This document shows positions 38,324-51,697 of a DNA stretch of 64,000 nt, piece after piece. Numbering within the stretch: position 1 is the stretch's first letter; each line of letters begins with the position of its first letter. The notes beneath the pieces were generated by a model. It saw only the letters and a program-made list of their open reading frames with translations. It ran no database searches and was not told where the DNA came from. The stretch is from an uncultured Actinomycetota bacterium (lineage in GTDB: Bacteria; Actinomycetota; Actinomycetes; Propionibacteriales; Nocardioidaceae): contig CAWKHC010000005.1 in assembly GCA_963849475.1 (NCBI GenBank), forward strand, positions 164,903 through 228,902. Reading direction: 5' to 3'. The translations under genes and the position numbers were made by a program.

Positions 38324-38476
38324 TCACCGCACACTAGGTCTATCGGAAGTTTGCGGGCTTGGCGGTGACTTGCTCGCCCAACTCGTCAGGCAGCGGTGTG
38401 CTAGTCGTCCATCAGCCAGCCGGAAGGGCGACTAGGTCACCGCTCACTAGGTGTATTGGTAGTTTGCGGGCTTGCC
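38324..38476. repeat. Two 40-bp imperfect direct repeats, each overlapping the right arm of a long hairpin
   Basis: TCACCGCACACTAGGTCTATCGGAAGTTTGCGGGCTTGGC (38324-38363) versus TCACCGCTCACTAGGTGTATTGGTAGTTTGCGGGCTTGCC (38437-38476); 35/40 identical. Confidence 0.85.
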
Positions 38477-38482
38477 TGCTTG

Positions 38483-39157
38483 CTACGACATTGCCGTACG
38501 TGGCATTGCTAGCGCCGTGCCGAGGATCCAGGCGAACAGGAATGCGGGCATCGCGGCGATGGAGAGCCCCTGCAGTGAGAACGGCCCGTCGTGCACGATG
38601 AACGCCAGCAGGAGGAACGGGTGAGTGATCGCGACCGCTAGCGCGAGGTGTCCCGTGTACTTCGGCAGGACACGGTGGGCGTACACAGCACGCGCAAGCG
38701 CTCCGGCAGCCACGATGATGGGCATGCCTGACATCGCCAGCAGGCCGAACGTCAGGTCGTAGAGCAGCTGAGTCGTCTCTGCTGTGTGGCCGCGGTGGAG
38801 CAGCAGGTCGAACATGGTGAATCCGGCGAGCAGCAGGGTCACGCATCCGACGAGACCGGCGAGGAACGCTGCCGGCAGCATCGACCCGGCTGGAAGTCGA
38901 CCACGCAGGTAGGCCCACACCGCAGCTGCGAACACGAGCCACACAGTGACGCCGGCAGTGTTGAGCAACTGAGACACGATCAACTGGTCGTGGTGACCCG
39001 AAGCCCAAAACGCCACCTCACCACCCGAGGCTTTCGTCCCGGGATAGGACCAGATGGGGTAGACGATCAGCGTGAGAGCCGGCAGGACGAACCCGGTGAT
39101 CCCGGCCCACCGCGCAACGCGCGCCGGGCCCCAGGTCGCGGGATCGGCGTCAGTCAC
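38483..39157 (-). CDS. Hypothetical membrane protein (~6 TM), coupled to meaB
   Basis: Multiple hydrophobic segments; GTGA overlap with the meaB stop. Confidence 0.75.
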   Translation of the reverse strand: MTDADPATWGPARVARWAGITGFVLPALTLIVYPIWSYPGTKASGGEVAFWASGHHDQLIVSQLLNTAGVTVWLVFAAAVWAYLRGRLPAGSMLPAAFLAGLVGCVTLLLAGFTMFDLLLHRGHTAETTQLLYDLTFGLLAMSGMPIIVAAGALARAVYAHRVLPKYTGHLALAVAITHPFLLLAFIVHDGPFSLQGLSIAAMPAFLFAWILGTALAMPRTAMS

Positions 39158-40125
39158 GAGTCGTAGGCCTCGAGGATCTTGTCGGCTGCTGTGGCTGCGG
39201 GCATCTCGCCCGACAACACGGCTTCGCGGACCTCGGCCCGTACTGCGGCGACAGCTTCGTCGTTGCGGAGGCGCTGGTCGAGCTCATCGCGAACGAGGGC
39301 CCAGGTGAAGTCGAGCTGCTGGACGGCACGCTTTGCCGCCAGGCCGTCTTCGCCAAGCGACTCGCGGTGCTCAAGCACGCGCGCCCAGACCTTGTCGATG
39401 TCGGTGCCTTCGAGTGCCGAACAGGTGAGGACGGGCGGGACCCACTCCTTCGAGCCGCTGAACACCAGGCGCATGGCACCGGCGAGATCCTTGGCGGCGG
39501 CGTTGGCCTCCTGCTTGCGGTCACCGTCGGCCTTGTTGACCGCGACGACGTCGACGATCTCGAGGATGCCCTTCTTGATGCCCTGCAGCTGGTCACCGGA
39601 TCGGGCGAGGGTCAGGAACGTGAACGTGTCGACCATGCCGGCGACGGTGATCTCGGACTGGCCCACACCGACCGTCTCGATCAGCACGACGTCGAAGCCG
39701 GCTGCCTCGAGAACAGTCATGGCCTGGTTGGTCGCCCGAGCGACACCTCCGAGGGTGCCGGCGCTGGGCGAGGGGCGGATGAACGCGTCGGGGCTGACCG
39801 AGAGCCTGGCCATGCGGGTCTTGTCGCCGAGCACGGAGCCGCCCGTACGTACGCTCGACGGGTCGACCGCGAGCACACCGACACGGTGACCCTGTTCGAC
39901 GAGGTACATGCCGAGCGCCTCGATGAACGTCGACTTGCCGACACCGGGCACCCCTGAGATGCCGACACGTACGGCTCCCCCAGCAGCGGCGTTGAGCAGT
40001 CCCAGGAGCTCGCGCGCTTCGGCACGATGATCGGACCGACTCGACTCGACCAGCGTGATGGCGCGCGAGATCGCCGCCCGCTTGCGCGCACGTACGTCCT
40101 CGGCGAGCTGAGCGACGTCAGCCAC
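39154..40125 (-). CDS. meaB: Methylmalonyl-CoA mutase-associated GTPase
   Basis: GVPGVGKST, AVDPSS...GDKTRM, ETVGVGQSE, NKAD. Confidence 0.96.
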   Translation of the reverse strand: MADVAQLAEDVRARKRAAISRAITLVESSRSDHRAEARELLGLLNAAAGGAVRVGISGVPGVGKSTFIEALGMYLVEQGHRVGVLAVDPSSVRTGGSVLGDKTRMARLSVSPDAFIRPSPSAGTLGGVARATNQAMTVLEAAGFDVVLIETVGVGQSEITVAGMVDTFTFLTLARSGDQLQGIKKGILEIVDVVAVNKADGDRKQEANAAAKDLAGAMRLVFSGSKEWVPPVLTCSALEGTDIDKVWARVLEHRESLGEDGLAAKRAVQQLDFTWALVRDELDQRLRNDEAVAAVRAEVREAVLSGEMPAATAADKILEAYDS

Positions 40126-40128
40126 AGC

Positions 40129-42314
<2,186 letters not shown>

Positions 42315-42318
<4 letters not shown>

Positions 42319-44129
42319 GCACCGAGCTCCTGTCGGATCGAGCGGAGGAACGCGAGGGCGTCATCTCCGACTGCAGCAGTGGCGTCGACGTCGAGGTCAC
42401 TCTTTCCTGCGACGACGACGTGCTTGGCGCCGGCCGCGCGGAGCGCCGTGACGAGCTCGGCGCCCCATCCTTCGTACGCGGCGGCATTGCCGGTCAGGCA
42501 GACGACCGGCAGATTGCCGGCCTCGGCGTAGGCAGCGACGACCTCGTCGACCGTCTCGGTCGGCCCAGCGGTGACGGTGTCAACACCACCGGCGGCGAAC
42601 AGGTTGGCGGCGAACGTCGCGCGGGCTGTGTAGGCGGCGACCGTGCCCATCGTGGCGAGGAACACCGGCGTCGCAGCCCGCTCATCGCGCATGGCCTCGA
42701 ACTCGCCTGCGTAGCGGTGTACGTCGAGCTGCGCTGCGTACGGACGACGCTCGGGGAGGGTCTCGTGCAGGTTGGGGAACTCCGAGACGCCGGTGATCGG
42801 CCGCTTCCGCTTGGCGATCGCCAGAGCTCGCTCGGAGACGGTCGCCTCGACGGCTGTGCGTACGACCGCGAATGCGGCAGCCATGCTGTCGGCCGCATCG
42901 ATCTCGCCGAACAGCTCCCACGCAGCGCGGGCGATGTCATCGGTGAGCTTCTCGACGGCGTACGAGCCGCCGGCCGGGTCGCTGACCTCGGCGACGTGCG
43001 ACTCGCTGATCAGCAGGCTGGACGTGTTGCGCGCGATGCGACGGCTGAACGCATCCGGCAGGCCCAGGCGCTCGTCGAACGGCAGCACCGTGACCGATGC
43101 GGCTCCGCCGGTGCCGGCCGCGAATGCGGCGACCGTGGTGCGGAGCATGTTCACGTACGGGTCGTACTTCGCCATCATCGGGCGGGAGGTCACGGCGTGC
43201 TGCAGCTGACCGGACGGCGCACCGCCGCTGAGCTCCACGACCCGGTTCCACAGGCGTCGCGCGGCACGGAACTTCGCGATCGTCGGGAACTGCTCGTCGG
43301 TGGCGGCATAGCGGAAGTCGATGAGCTCTGCGGCTTCATCGATCGAGGCGCCGGACTCGATCAGGACGCGGAGATAGATCGCACCCACCGCAAGCGAGTA
43401 GGCGAGCTCCTGGACGTCAGATGCGCCGGCATCGTGCACCGCCGTCGCGTCGACCGTGAATGCGCGGATGCCCAGCGGCTTCGCCAGTCGAGCGACCTGA
43501 ACGGCTGCGTCGATGTCGACTTCGCCCTTGCTGCGGAACGCTGTGCCTACGGGATCGGCGCCGAAGCTGGTGCCCGGAGCCGGTGTGATCGAACGATCGG
43601 CGAACACTGCGGCCAGGGCCGTGGCGGCCTCGACCGGCTCGCTCGGGAGCATCGAGGACCACGGCAGCGAGGTCGATGAAGACACCTTCGAGGATCTCGC
43701 CGAGCGAGTCGATCGGAACGCCACCGCTGCCGACCGAGATCCACAGCGAGTTGACGCCGTTCTCAAGATCGGTGATGACGTCCTGCTTGGTGCGTGCGAC
43801 ATCGGGATCGGCGAACCAGGCACGTACGTCCCAGCCGTCGAGCTCGCGCGTGGCGGTGCTGCCGCGGGTGAATGGGGCCTGGCCCGGGCAACCCGAGCTT
43901 CGGGGAGATCTGCGGTCAGCGAAGCGGTGCCGAGAGGGGTGACCGTGATCCCGTCGAGCGTGCTGGTGGCGAGTACCTTCCACACGTCTGAGTCGGGTGC
44001 ATCCTCGGCGAGACGGCGGGACTTTCGCAGGACTGCGGCGGTCTCCTTCTCCCATTCGCTCTGCGTGTGGGAGATGCCGTCCGCAAGGTCGACATCAATT
44101 GCTCGTCCGTCAGACACTGCGTCAACCAT
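42315..44129 (-). CDS. mutA: Methylmalonyl-CoA mutase small subunit, with compensating frameshifts at about 43895-43645
   Basis: [37 protein letters not shown]. The segment PGQAPFTRG...[10 protein letters not shown]...VVLDA lies in another frame. Confidence 0.9.
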
Positions 44130-44267
44130 GGGAGGCATCGTACGAGTCGGCGACAGTGCGCGGCCACCAGATGTGACCAATGTGACCCCTCGCGCCCCCC
44201 CGGAGACTCGCTCACGCTCGGCCGTGGACGGCCTCACTGGGGCAAGCCATTCGAGTGCGAGACTTGA

Positions 44268-45890
<1,623 letters not shown>

Positions 45891-45912
45891 GGCACCCAAC
45901 GTACCGATGTGC

Positions 45913-47385
45913 TCAGCTCACCCAGCGGGTGATCGGATCGATCGCGAAGTACACGACGAACAGGATCGAGATCAGCCACATCAGCGGGTGGATCTCGGCG
46001 ATCTTGTTCTTGACCAGCTTGATCACCACGTAGGTGATGAAGCCGGCGCCGATGCCGGCCGTGATCGAGTACGTGAAGGGCATCAGCACGATCGTCAGGA
46101 ACGCAGGGATCGCGATGTCCGAGTCGTCCCAGCTGATGTTCTTGACCTGGCTCATCATCAGGAAGCCGACGAGCACGAGCGCAGGAACTGCCGCTTCGTT
46201 GGGGATGTGCTCGACCAGCGGGATCGTCAGCGTCGACAGCAGGAACAGCACGCCGGTCACCACCGAGGCGAGACCCGTACGAGCGCCGTCTCCGACACCT
46301 GAGGCCGACTCGATGTACGACGTGTTGCTCGAGATGCCGGCAGCACCGCCAGCAGCCGCGGCGATGGAGTCGACGATCAGGATCTTCTGCGCACCCTCGG
46401 GCGTGCCGTCCTTGTCGTTGAGACCAGCCTCGGCACCGATCGCCGTCATCGTGCCCATCGTGTCGAAGAAGTCAGCCAGCAGCAGCGTGAACACCAGCAG
46501 CGACGCCGTGATGACGGTTGCTTCCTGGAAGCCACCGAACAGGTTGAAGTCGCCCAGCAGACCGAAGTCGGGCTTGGCGAAGACCTTCTCGGGCCACTCA
46601 GGAGTGTTGAGGTTCCAACCCTTCGACGTCGGGTCGCCGAGGCTGGCGGGGGTGTCGGTGATCTTCTGGACAATGCCGGCGATGATCGTCGTCACCACGA
46701 TGCCGATCAGGATTGCACCCGGGACACCGCGCGAGTAGAGCGTGATCATGATCAGCAGGCCGATGATGAACACGAGCACGGGCCAACCGGCGAGGTTGCC
46801 ACCGATGCCGAGGCTCACCGGCGGTGCGGCGAGACCACTCGTACGGACGAAGCCGGCGTCAACGAGGCCGATGAACGTGATGAACAGGCCGATGCCGACG
46901 GCGATCGCCGTCTTGAGCTGGCGAGGAACGGCGTCGAACACTGCTTTTCGGAATCCGGTCAGCACAAGTACCAGGATGATGATGCCCTCCAGCACGACGA
47001 GACCCATCGCATCGGCCCACGTCATCTGGGAGGCGACGGAGAACGCGACGAACGCGTTGAGCCCGAGGCCGGTGGCGAGCGCCAACGGGAAGTTGGCGAC
47101 GACGCCCATCAGGATGGTCAGCAGCCCAGCCACCAGTGCCGTCACGGCCGCGATCGTCGCGAAGCCGGAGCCGGGTGTCGATCCACCACCCAGGAAGTTT
47201 CCGTCCTTGTCGGCGACACCGGCGAGGATGATCGGGTTGAGCACGATGATGTAGGCCATCGTCAGGAAGGTCACAGCACCGCCGCGTACCTCTCGCCCGA
47301 TGCTCGACCCGCGCTCGTTGATCTTGAAGTACTTCTCCAGCGCGTTGCCGCCGCTGCTCTTGGCCTTGCTCGTCGTACTTGTCAT
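45913..47385 (-). CDS. NCS2/AzgA guanine-hypoxanthine permease family
   Basis: TFLTMAYII..NP, GLGLNAF, DFFDTMGT, YIESASG...GARTG, MPFTYSIT. Confidence 0.93.
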   Translation of the reverse strand: MTSTTSKAKSSGGNALEKYFKINERGSSIGREVRGGAVTFLTMAYIIVLNPIILAGVADKDGNFLGGGSTPGSGFATIAAVTALVAGLLTILMGVVANFPLALATGLGLNAFVAFSVASQMTWADAMGLVVLEGIIILVLVLTGFRKAVFDAVPRQLKTAIAVGIGLFITFIGLVDAGFVRTSGLAAPPVSLGIGGNLAGWPVLVFIIGLLIMITLYSRGVPGAILIGIVVTTIIAGIVQKITDTPASLGDPTSKGWNLNTPEWPEKVFAKPDFGLLGDFNLFGGFQEATVITASLLVFTLLLADFFDTMGTMTAIGAEAGLNDKDGTPEGAQKILIVDSIAAAAGGAAGISSNTSYIESASGVGDGARTGLASVVTGVLFLLSTLTIPLVEHIPNEAAVPALVLVGFLMMSQVKNISWDDSDIAIPAFLTIVLMPFTYSITAGIGAGFITYVVIKLVKNKIAEIHPLMWLISILFVVYFAIDPITRWVS

Positions 47386-47457
47386 GGCGCCCTCTGATCT
47401 CGATGGGAGTGTGTGTGCCCGAGGCCTGTCGACAACGGAGCATGCCAGAGGAAAGCC

Positions 47458-48465
47458 TCAGTCCGATACGACTCGACGAGAACGTCTCAGCCAAATCGCC
47501 ACACCAGCACCGACAAGCACTGCAGCCCCCACAGCACCGAACACGAACAGCATCGGCTCGACCGGCTGACCGCCTGCCTGCTCGGGTGCCGCCGCGTTGG
47601 CCGCGGCGGGTGTTGGCACCGTGGTCGGCTTGGGGCCGGGTATCGGCACCCGCAGGAGCTTGGATCCGCGGCCCTCGCTGCCCACGATGAGCGCGTCGGG
47701 CTCGGCAGTGATCGTCTCGCCCTGCTTCTGCCTGGGCGTCGGAGCGTAGTTGAGGATTGCGCCGTTCGTCGCGTCCAGCAGGTACATCGACGTGTAGTTG
47801 CGCAGCACCGCGTACTTCCCGTCGGTCGTGTACGTCGCGTCGGTGACCATGGCGGGCGCGCCGCCCTTCTGCGCGACGGCGACATTCTTGTGCTTGGTGG
47901 AGAGCTTCGTCGGCAGCTGGTAGATCGTGCCGGTGAGCAGTGCCTTGCTGATCAGGACCTTCGCACCGGTCACGGGGTGCACGAGCAACGCCTCGACATC
48001 GGGGGATTTGGAGTCGTACGAGATCGGGTAGCGCTTCGCAGTCACGGTGTGGTTGCCGCGACCCTGCTCCGGCAGGGCGTAGAGCGCAACGTCGTCGCGG
48101 CGCTCGAAGTTGTCACCCGTGTCAGCAACCCACAACACACCCTTGTCGTCGATGGCCATCGCCTCGGTGTCGCGCAGGTCGCCGCCCTCGATGCGAGTCG
48201 TACCGACTGTGTCGCCGGACAACAGGTCGATGGCGAAGATCAGCGGGGCGTTGCCCGAGTCGTTGATCGTGTAGGCAAGGTCGTCGTAGGTGCGACTCAG
48301 TGCGAGTCCGCTCGACTCTCCGATACGGGGATCTGACATCCGGCAGACGACCTCCGCCTTGGGCTCGGCCCCATCGGCGCGACGCGACAGCGAGCTGACG
48401 ATCACGACAACGAGCAGGAGCAGGAGCAGCCCCGGGATGAGCAGTCGGCGATAGCGCGGATTCAT
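47458..48465 (-). CDS. Hypothetical extracellular beta-propeller-like protein with a C-terminal TM anchor
   Basis: ESSGLA, NDSG, DTEA, ADTGDN, DVEAL, QGE, GSEG repeats. Confidence 0.75.
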   Translation of the reverse strand: MNPRYRRLLIPGLLLLLLVVVIVSSLSRRADGAEPKAEVVCRMSDPRIGESSGLALSRTYDDLAYTINDSGNAPLIFAIDLLSGDTVGTTRIEGGDLRDTEAMAIDDKGVLWVADTGDNFERRDDVALYALPEQGRGNHTVTAKRYPISYDSKSPDVEALLVHPVTGAKVLISKALLTGTIYQLPTKLSTKHKNVAVAQKGGAPAMVTDATYTTDGKYAVLRNYTSMYLLDATNGAILNYAPTPRQKQGETITAEPDALIVGSEGRGSKLLRVPIPGPKPTTVPTPAAANAAAPEQAGGQPVEPMLFVFGAVGAAVLVGAGVAIWLRRSRRVVSD

Positions 48466-48515
48466 TGCCACCAAGCATGACAGGACACATCAGTCCCACC
48501 GATCGCGGCGGGTAG

Positions 48516-48614
48516 GGTGAAGGCGTGAGCGAGCGCAGCGAGTGAACCAAAAGGCAGGATTCACGCCGCAGCCTCCGTACCGTGCCTTTTCAACGGAGGT
48601 GAAGGCGTGAGCGA
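48516..48614 (+). mobile_element. Start-codon-associated repeat element, copy 2, bounded by a perfect 17-bp direct repeat
   Basis: GGTGAAGGCGTGAGCGA at 48516-48532 and 48598-48614; internal sequence homologous to 315-401; two chained uORFs. Confidence 0.75.
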
Positions 48615-49011
48615 CGACGAGTGGGTGATCCGTCAGGGCGACGGTCCCGAGACGATCGAGCGCAAGATGGGTCATCGTGAGATCGCCCGGCTCGACCGCG
48701 CCGCACGCCGCCACGAGTTCGGCCGCCCCGAGATCACCGAGCTCGAGATCGGCAGCAAGACCCACCGCGTCGCCGAGGTCGAGCCGATGGACGTCGACGG
48801 TGTACGCACCATGACGGTCGGCACGATCGTGTGGGGCGTCATCGCAGTCGCCCTGCTCCCATTCCTTGGCTCACTCGAGGAAGACGGCCGTACGTGGTGG
48901 CTCTGGACCGCAGTCGCCGGATTCGGCCTGGGCCTGATCGGCATCGAGTACTGCCGCCGTCGACGCAACGCGCTGCGCATGCAGCCCGGCCGTCGCCGCC
49001 GAGTCGACTAG
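48607..49011 (+). CDS. DUF2530-like membrane protein
   Basis: EPMDVD...VGTIVW...WWLWT...G.GLG..G; upstream GGAGG; next to DUF3027. Confidence 0.8.
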   Translation: MSDDEWVIRQGDGPETIERKMGHREIARLDRAARRHEFGRPEITELEIGSKTHRVAEVEPMDVDGVRTMTVGTIVWGVIAVALLPFLGSLEEDGRTWWLWTAVAGFGLGLIGIEYCRRRRNALRMQPGRRRRVD

Positions 49012-49023
49012 GGCGCGCCCTGG

Positions 49024-49767
49024 CTAGAACTCGTCGATGTCGGTGCCCACGGTGTCGAACACCGTGGGCGGAAGCTCCTGAGGGGCGGCCGAACGGCTCA
49101 GCCGAGCGCCCGAGTGAGCGCCACAACCGTGGTCGAACGACACGGCACGCCCGTCGTCATTGGCCATACCGTTGGCGCACACACCAAAGCGTTCTGCGAG
49201 CGGTCCTGCAAGGCTCACCATGAAGCCGCAGGAGATGCATGAGCCATTGGCCTGCTGGGCGATCGGAGCGTCGGGGCCCTGGTCGCCCTCCTGCCAGCGG
49301 TCTGCTGCCATCTCGCGACCCTCGAACGACAGAGTCCACTCACGACCCAGACCGACCTCGCGGGCGAAGAAGCGATCGGCGGTCTGCTCCTCGCCGTCAC
49401 CTGCGCTCCAGGTCGGAACCAGTCGTACGTCGTCCTCATCGGGCGGGAGCACGTCGCCCGGGCTGAGGTCACCGGGTCGGATGCGTTCGCGGTAGGGCGT
49501 CCACACGGGCGCGACGATCGCGTCATCACCGGGCAGCAGGACGACGTCGTTGATCGTGATGGCATCGGTGTCGGGGGCCCGCGAAAGGCTGACCGACCAG
49601 TACCAGCCGATGTAGCCGGGCTTGGTGCAGCCGAAGTGGTGCGAGACCATGCCGGACTCGTCCTCGACGGCACGCAGGTGGTCACCCACCACGCCCGCGT
49701 CTGCGACCTCGTCGACGGCGGCGCGCGCCACATCGATGGCGGAGCTCAGCTTCTCGTCGACAGACAT
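49024..49767 (-). CDS. DUF3027 domain protein
   Basis: PGY.GW.W.V, LLPG..A..AP.W.P, C..CGF, FGVCAN, DHGCGAHS. Confidence 0.9.
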   Translation of the reverse strand: MSVDEKLSSAIDVARAAVDEVADAGVVGDHLRAVEDESGMVSHHFGCTKPGYIGWYWSVSLSRAPDTDAITINDVVLLPGDDAIVAPVWTPYRERIRPGDLSPGDVLPPDEDDVRLVPTWSAGDGEEQTADRFFAREVGLGREWTLSFEGREMAADRWQEGDQGPDAPIAQQANGSCISCGFMVSLAGPLAERFGVCANGMANDDGRAVSFDHGCGAHSGARLSRSAAPQELPPTVFDTVGTDIDEF

Positions 49768-49825
49768 GTGTCGATTGTCCCATGTCACGTGGAGCGGTCG
49801 ACCCGCGGTGAGGCAGGATGAACGT

Positions 49826-51253
49826 ATGGACGAGCAGGACGAGCCGCAGACACCCGTCCAGCCTTATGCGCCCGCAGATCCCGTCGAGTCGCGACTCAGC
49901 CGTTCGGCACGCGTCGCAGGCCGGTTCTCGGCCGGTACGGCCCGCGTCGTCGCACGTGGCAGCACCTCGGCATTCACGGGTGCTCGCCGTTTCACCCACG
50001 CCGGTGGCGCCGGCGAGAGCGGCCTGTCACGACTCCTCGAGCTGCACGCGTTCAACACGGCTGGCGACGCGGCGATTGCCGTCTCGCTGGCGGGCACCCT
50101 GTTCTTCACGGTCCCCACTGACGACGCGGCGGGGCAGGTGGCGCTGTTCCTGGTGCTCACGATGCTGCCGTTCGCCGTCGTTGCCCCGCTGATCGGTCCG
50201 TTCCTCGACCGGTTCCGTCGAGGTCGCCGCTGGGCGATCGGCGCCACGCTGGCCGTACGCGCTTTCTGTTGCTGGGTGCTCGCCGGCGCGGTCGTCGACG
50301 AGTCTCCGGCGTTCTACTTCGCCGCCCTCGGCTGCCTCGTGGCCTCCAAGGCGTACGGCGTCACCCGCGCCTCGGCCGTTCCGCGCATCCTGCCCGCGGA
50401 GTTCACGCTGGTGAAGGCCAACTCGCGCATCTCGCTGACCGGCACGGCCGCGGGAGCGATCTCGGCACCCATCGCCATCGCCGCAGCCGCGATCGGCGCA
50501 CCGTGGGCGCTGCGCTACGCGGCCGTGCTCTTCGTGGTCGGCACGATCCTGGCGATCCTGCTGCCGCCTCGCGTCGACTCCAGCGAGGGCGAGAAGCCCG
50601 TCGACCTGAGCCAGATCGCGACCACCACCAGGAAGAAGGGCATCGCCATCACCCGCGGTGTCGTCAACGGGCTGCGCAGCAACGCCGGACTGCGCCTGCT
50701 GTCGGGATTCCTGACGATCTTCATGGCGTTCACGTTGCGCGAGCCGCCCGAGTCGATGGGGTGGGACGGCAGTGCGACGATCCTGCTCGGCCTGGTCATC
50801 GGAGGAGCCGGATTCGGCAACGTCCTCGGCGTCCTGATCGGCTCGTCGACCCGATCCCGCAAGCCGCAGAACGTCGTCATCGCCGTGCTCGTGCTCGACG
50901 TCGCCGTCGTCAGCGTCGTGGCTGTCCTGTTCACCTGGTGGACCGTCGCCCTGCTCGGCGTCACCATCGGCCTGTGCCAGTCGCTGGGCAAGCTGAGTCT
51001 CGACGCTCTGATCCAGAACGACGTGCTCGAAGAGGTCCGCACGAGCATGTTCGCCCGTTCGGAGACCCTGCTTCAGCTGTCCTGGGTCATCGGCGGTCTG
51101 ATCGGCATCGGTCTGTTCACGATCGATGCGTCTCCGCGCCAGGGCTTGCTCGGCATCGCCGCGATCGTGCTCGCGTGGCTGGCCTTCGTGCTCACTCGCG
51201 CACGCAACGAGCCCGCGACACGTACGTCCGAGCCGGCCGAGGCTGAGCGCTAG
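49826..51253 (+). CDS. MFS transporter (conserved next to cspB in actinobacteria)
   Basis: AGDA...LAGTLFF, PFAVVAPLIGP.LDR, SKAYGV, SET.LQL.WV. Confidence 0.88.
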   Translation: MDEQDEPQTPVQPYAPADPVESRLSRSARVAGRFSAGTARVVARGSTSAFTGARRFTHAGGAGESGLSRLLELHAFNTAGDAAIAVSLAGTLFFTVPTDDAAGQVALFLVLTMLPFAVVAPLIGPFLDRFRRGRRWAIGATLAVRAFCCWVLAGAVVDESPAFYFAALGCLVASKAYGVTRASAVPRILPAEFTLVKANSRISLTGTAAGAISAPIAIAAAAIGAPWALRYAAVLFVVGTILAILLPPRVDSSEGEKPVDLSQIATTTRKKGIAITRGVVNGLRSNAGLRLLSGFLTIFMAFTLREPPESMGWDGSATILLGLVIGGAGFGNVLGVLIGSSTRSRKPQNVVIAVLVLDVAVVSVVAVLFTWWTVALLGVTIGLCQSLGKLSLDALIQNDVLEEVRTSMFARSETLLQLSWVIGGLIGIGLFTIDASPRQGLLGIAAIVLAWLAFVLTRARNEPATRTSEPAEAER

Positions 51254-51645
51254 AGCTCGAGCTCGGTTGCCACCGCGCGCAGCACCTGAGCCGCCGGCTT
51301 GGCGACTTTGTTGTCGGGGTGGCGTCCGTGTCGGTAGCCCTCGCCGATCTTGTCGAGCATCTTGATCAGGTCCTCGACGATGACAGCCATGGCCTCAGGG
51401 TCCTTGCGGCGCGCCTGTGACTGTGACTTCGACAGCGAGGTGACCGGGTCGAGCAGACGGACCTGAAGTGCCTGGTCTCCGCGACTGCCCTGAACGATGC
51501 CGAACTCGACGCGACTGCCGGCCTTGAGGGACTCGACGCCTGCGGGCAGGGCATCGCTGCGGACGTAGACGTCCTCGCCCTCTTCCTGGCTCAGGAACCC
51601 AAAGCCCTTTTCGGCGTCGTACCACTTCACTTTGCCCGTAGGCAT
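51250..51645 (-). CDS. cspB: Cold-shock domain protein, CspB type
   Basis: MPTGKVKWYDAEKGFGFL plus a helical C-terminal extension. Confidence 0.92.
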   Translation of the reverse strand: MPTGKVKWYDAEKGFGFLSQEEGEDVYVRSDALPAGVESLKAGSRVEFGIVQGSRGDQALQVRLLDPVTSLSKSQSQARRKDPEAMAVIVEDLIKMLDKIGEGYRHGRHPDNKVAKPAAQVLRAVATELEL

Positions 51646-51697
51646 GGCATTTCCTCACGTCTTGTAGACAACCCAGTGGGTGTTGTGACTGCACAGC

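Noticed and set aside
38324-38476. CRISPR array
   Set aside because: Only two imperfect 40-bp copies with a 73-bp self-complementary intervening sequence, and no cas genes in the window. Kept as a different kind of repeat.
47386-47457. Purine riboswitch before the NCS2 permease
   Set aside because: The 72-bp gap lacks the aptamer core sequences and a three-way junction.
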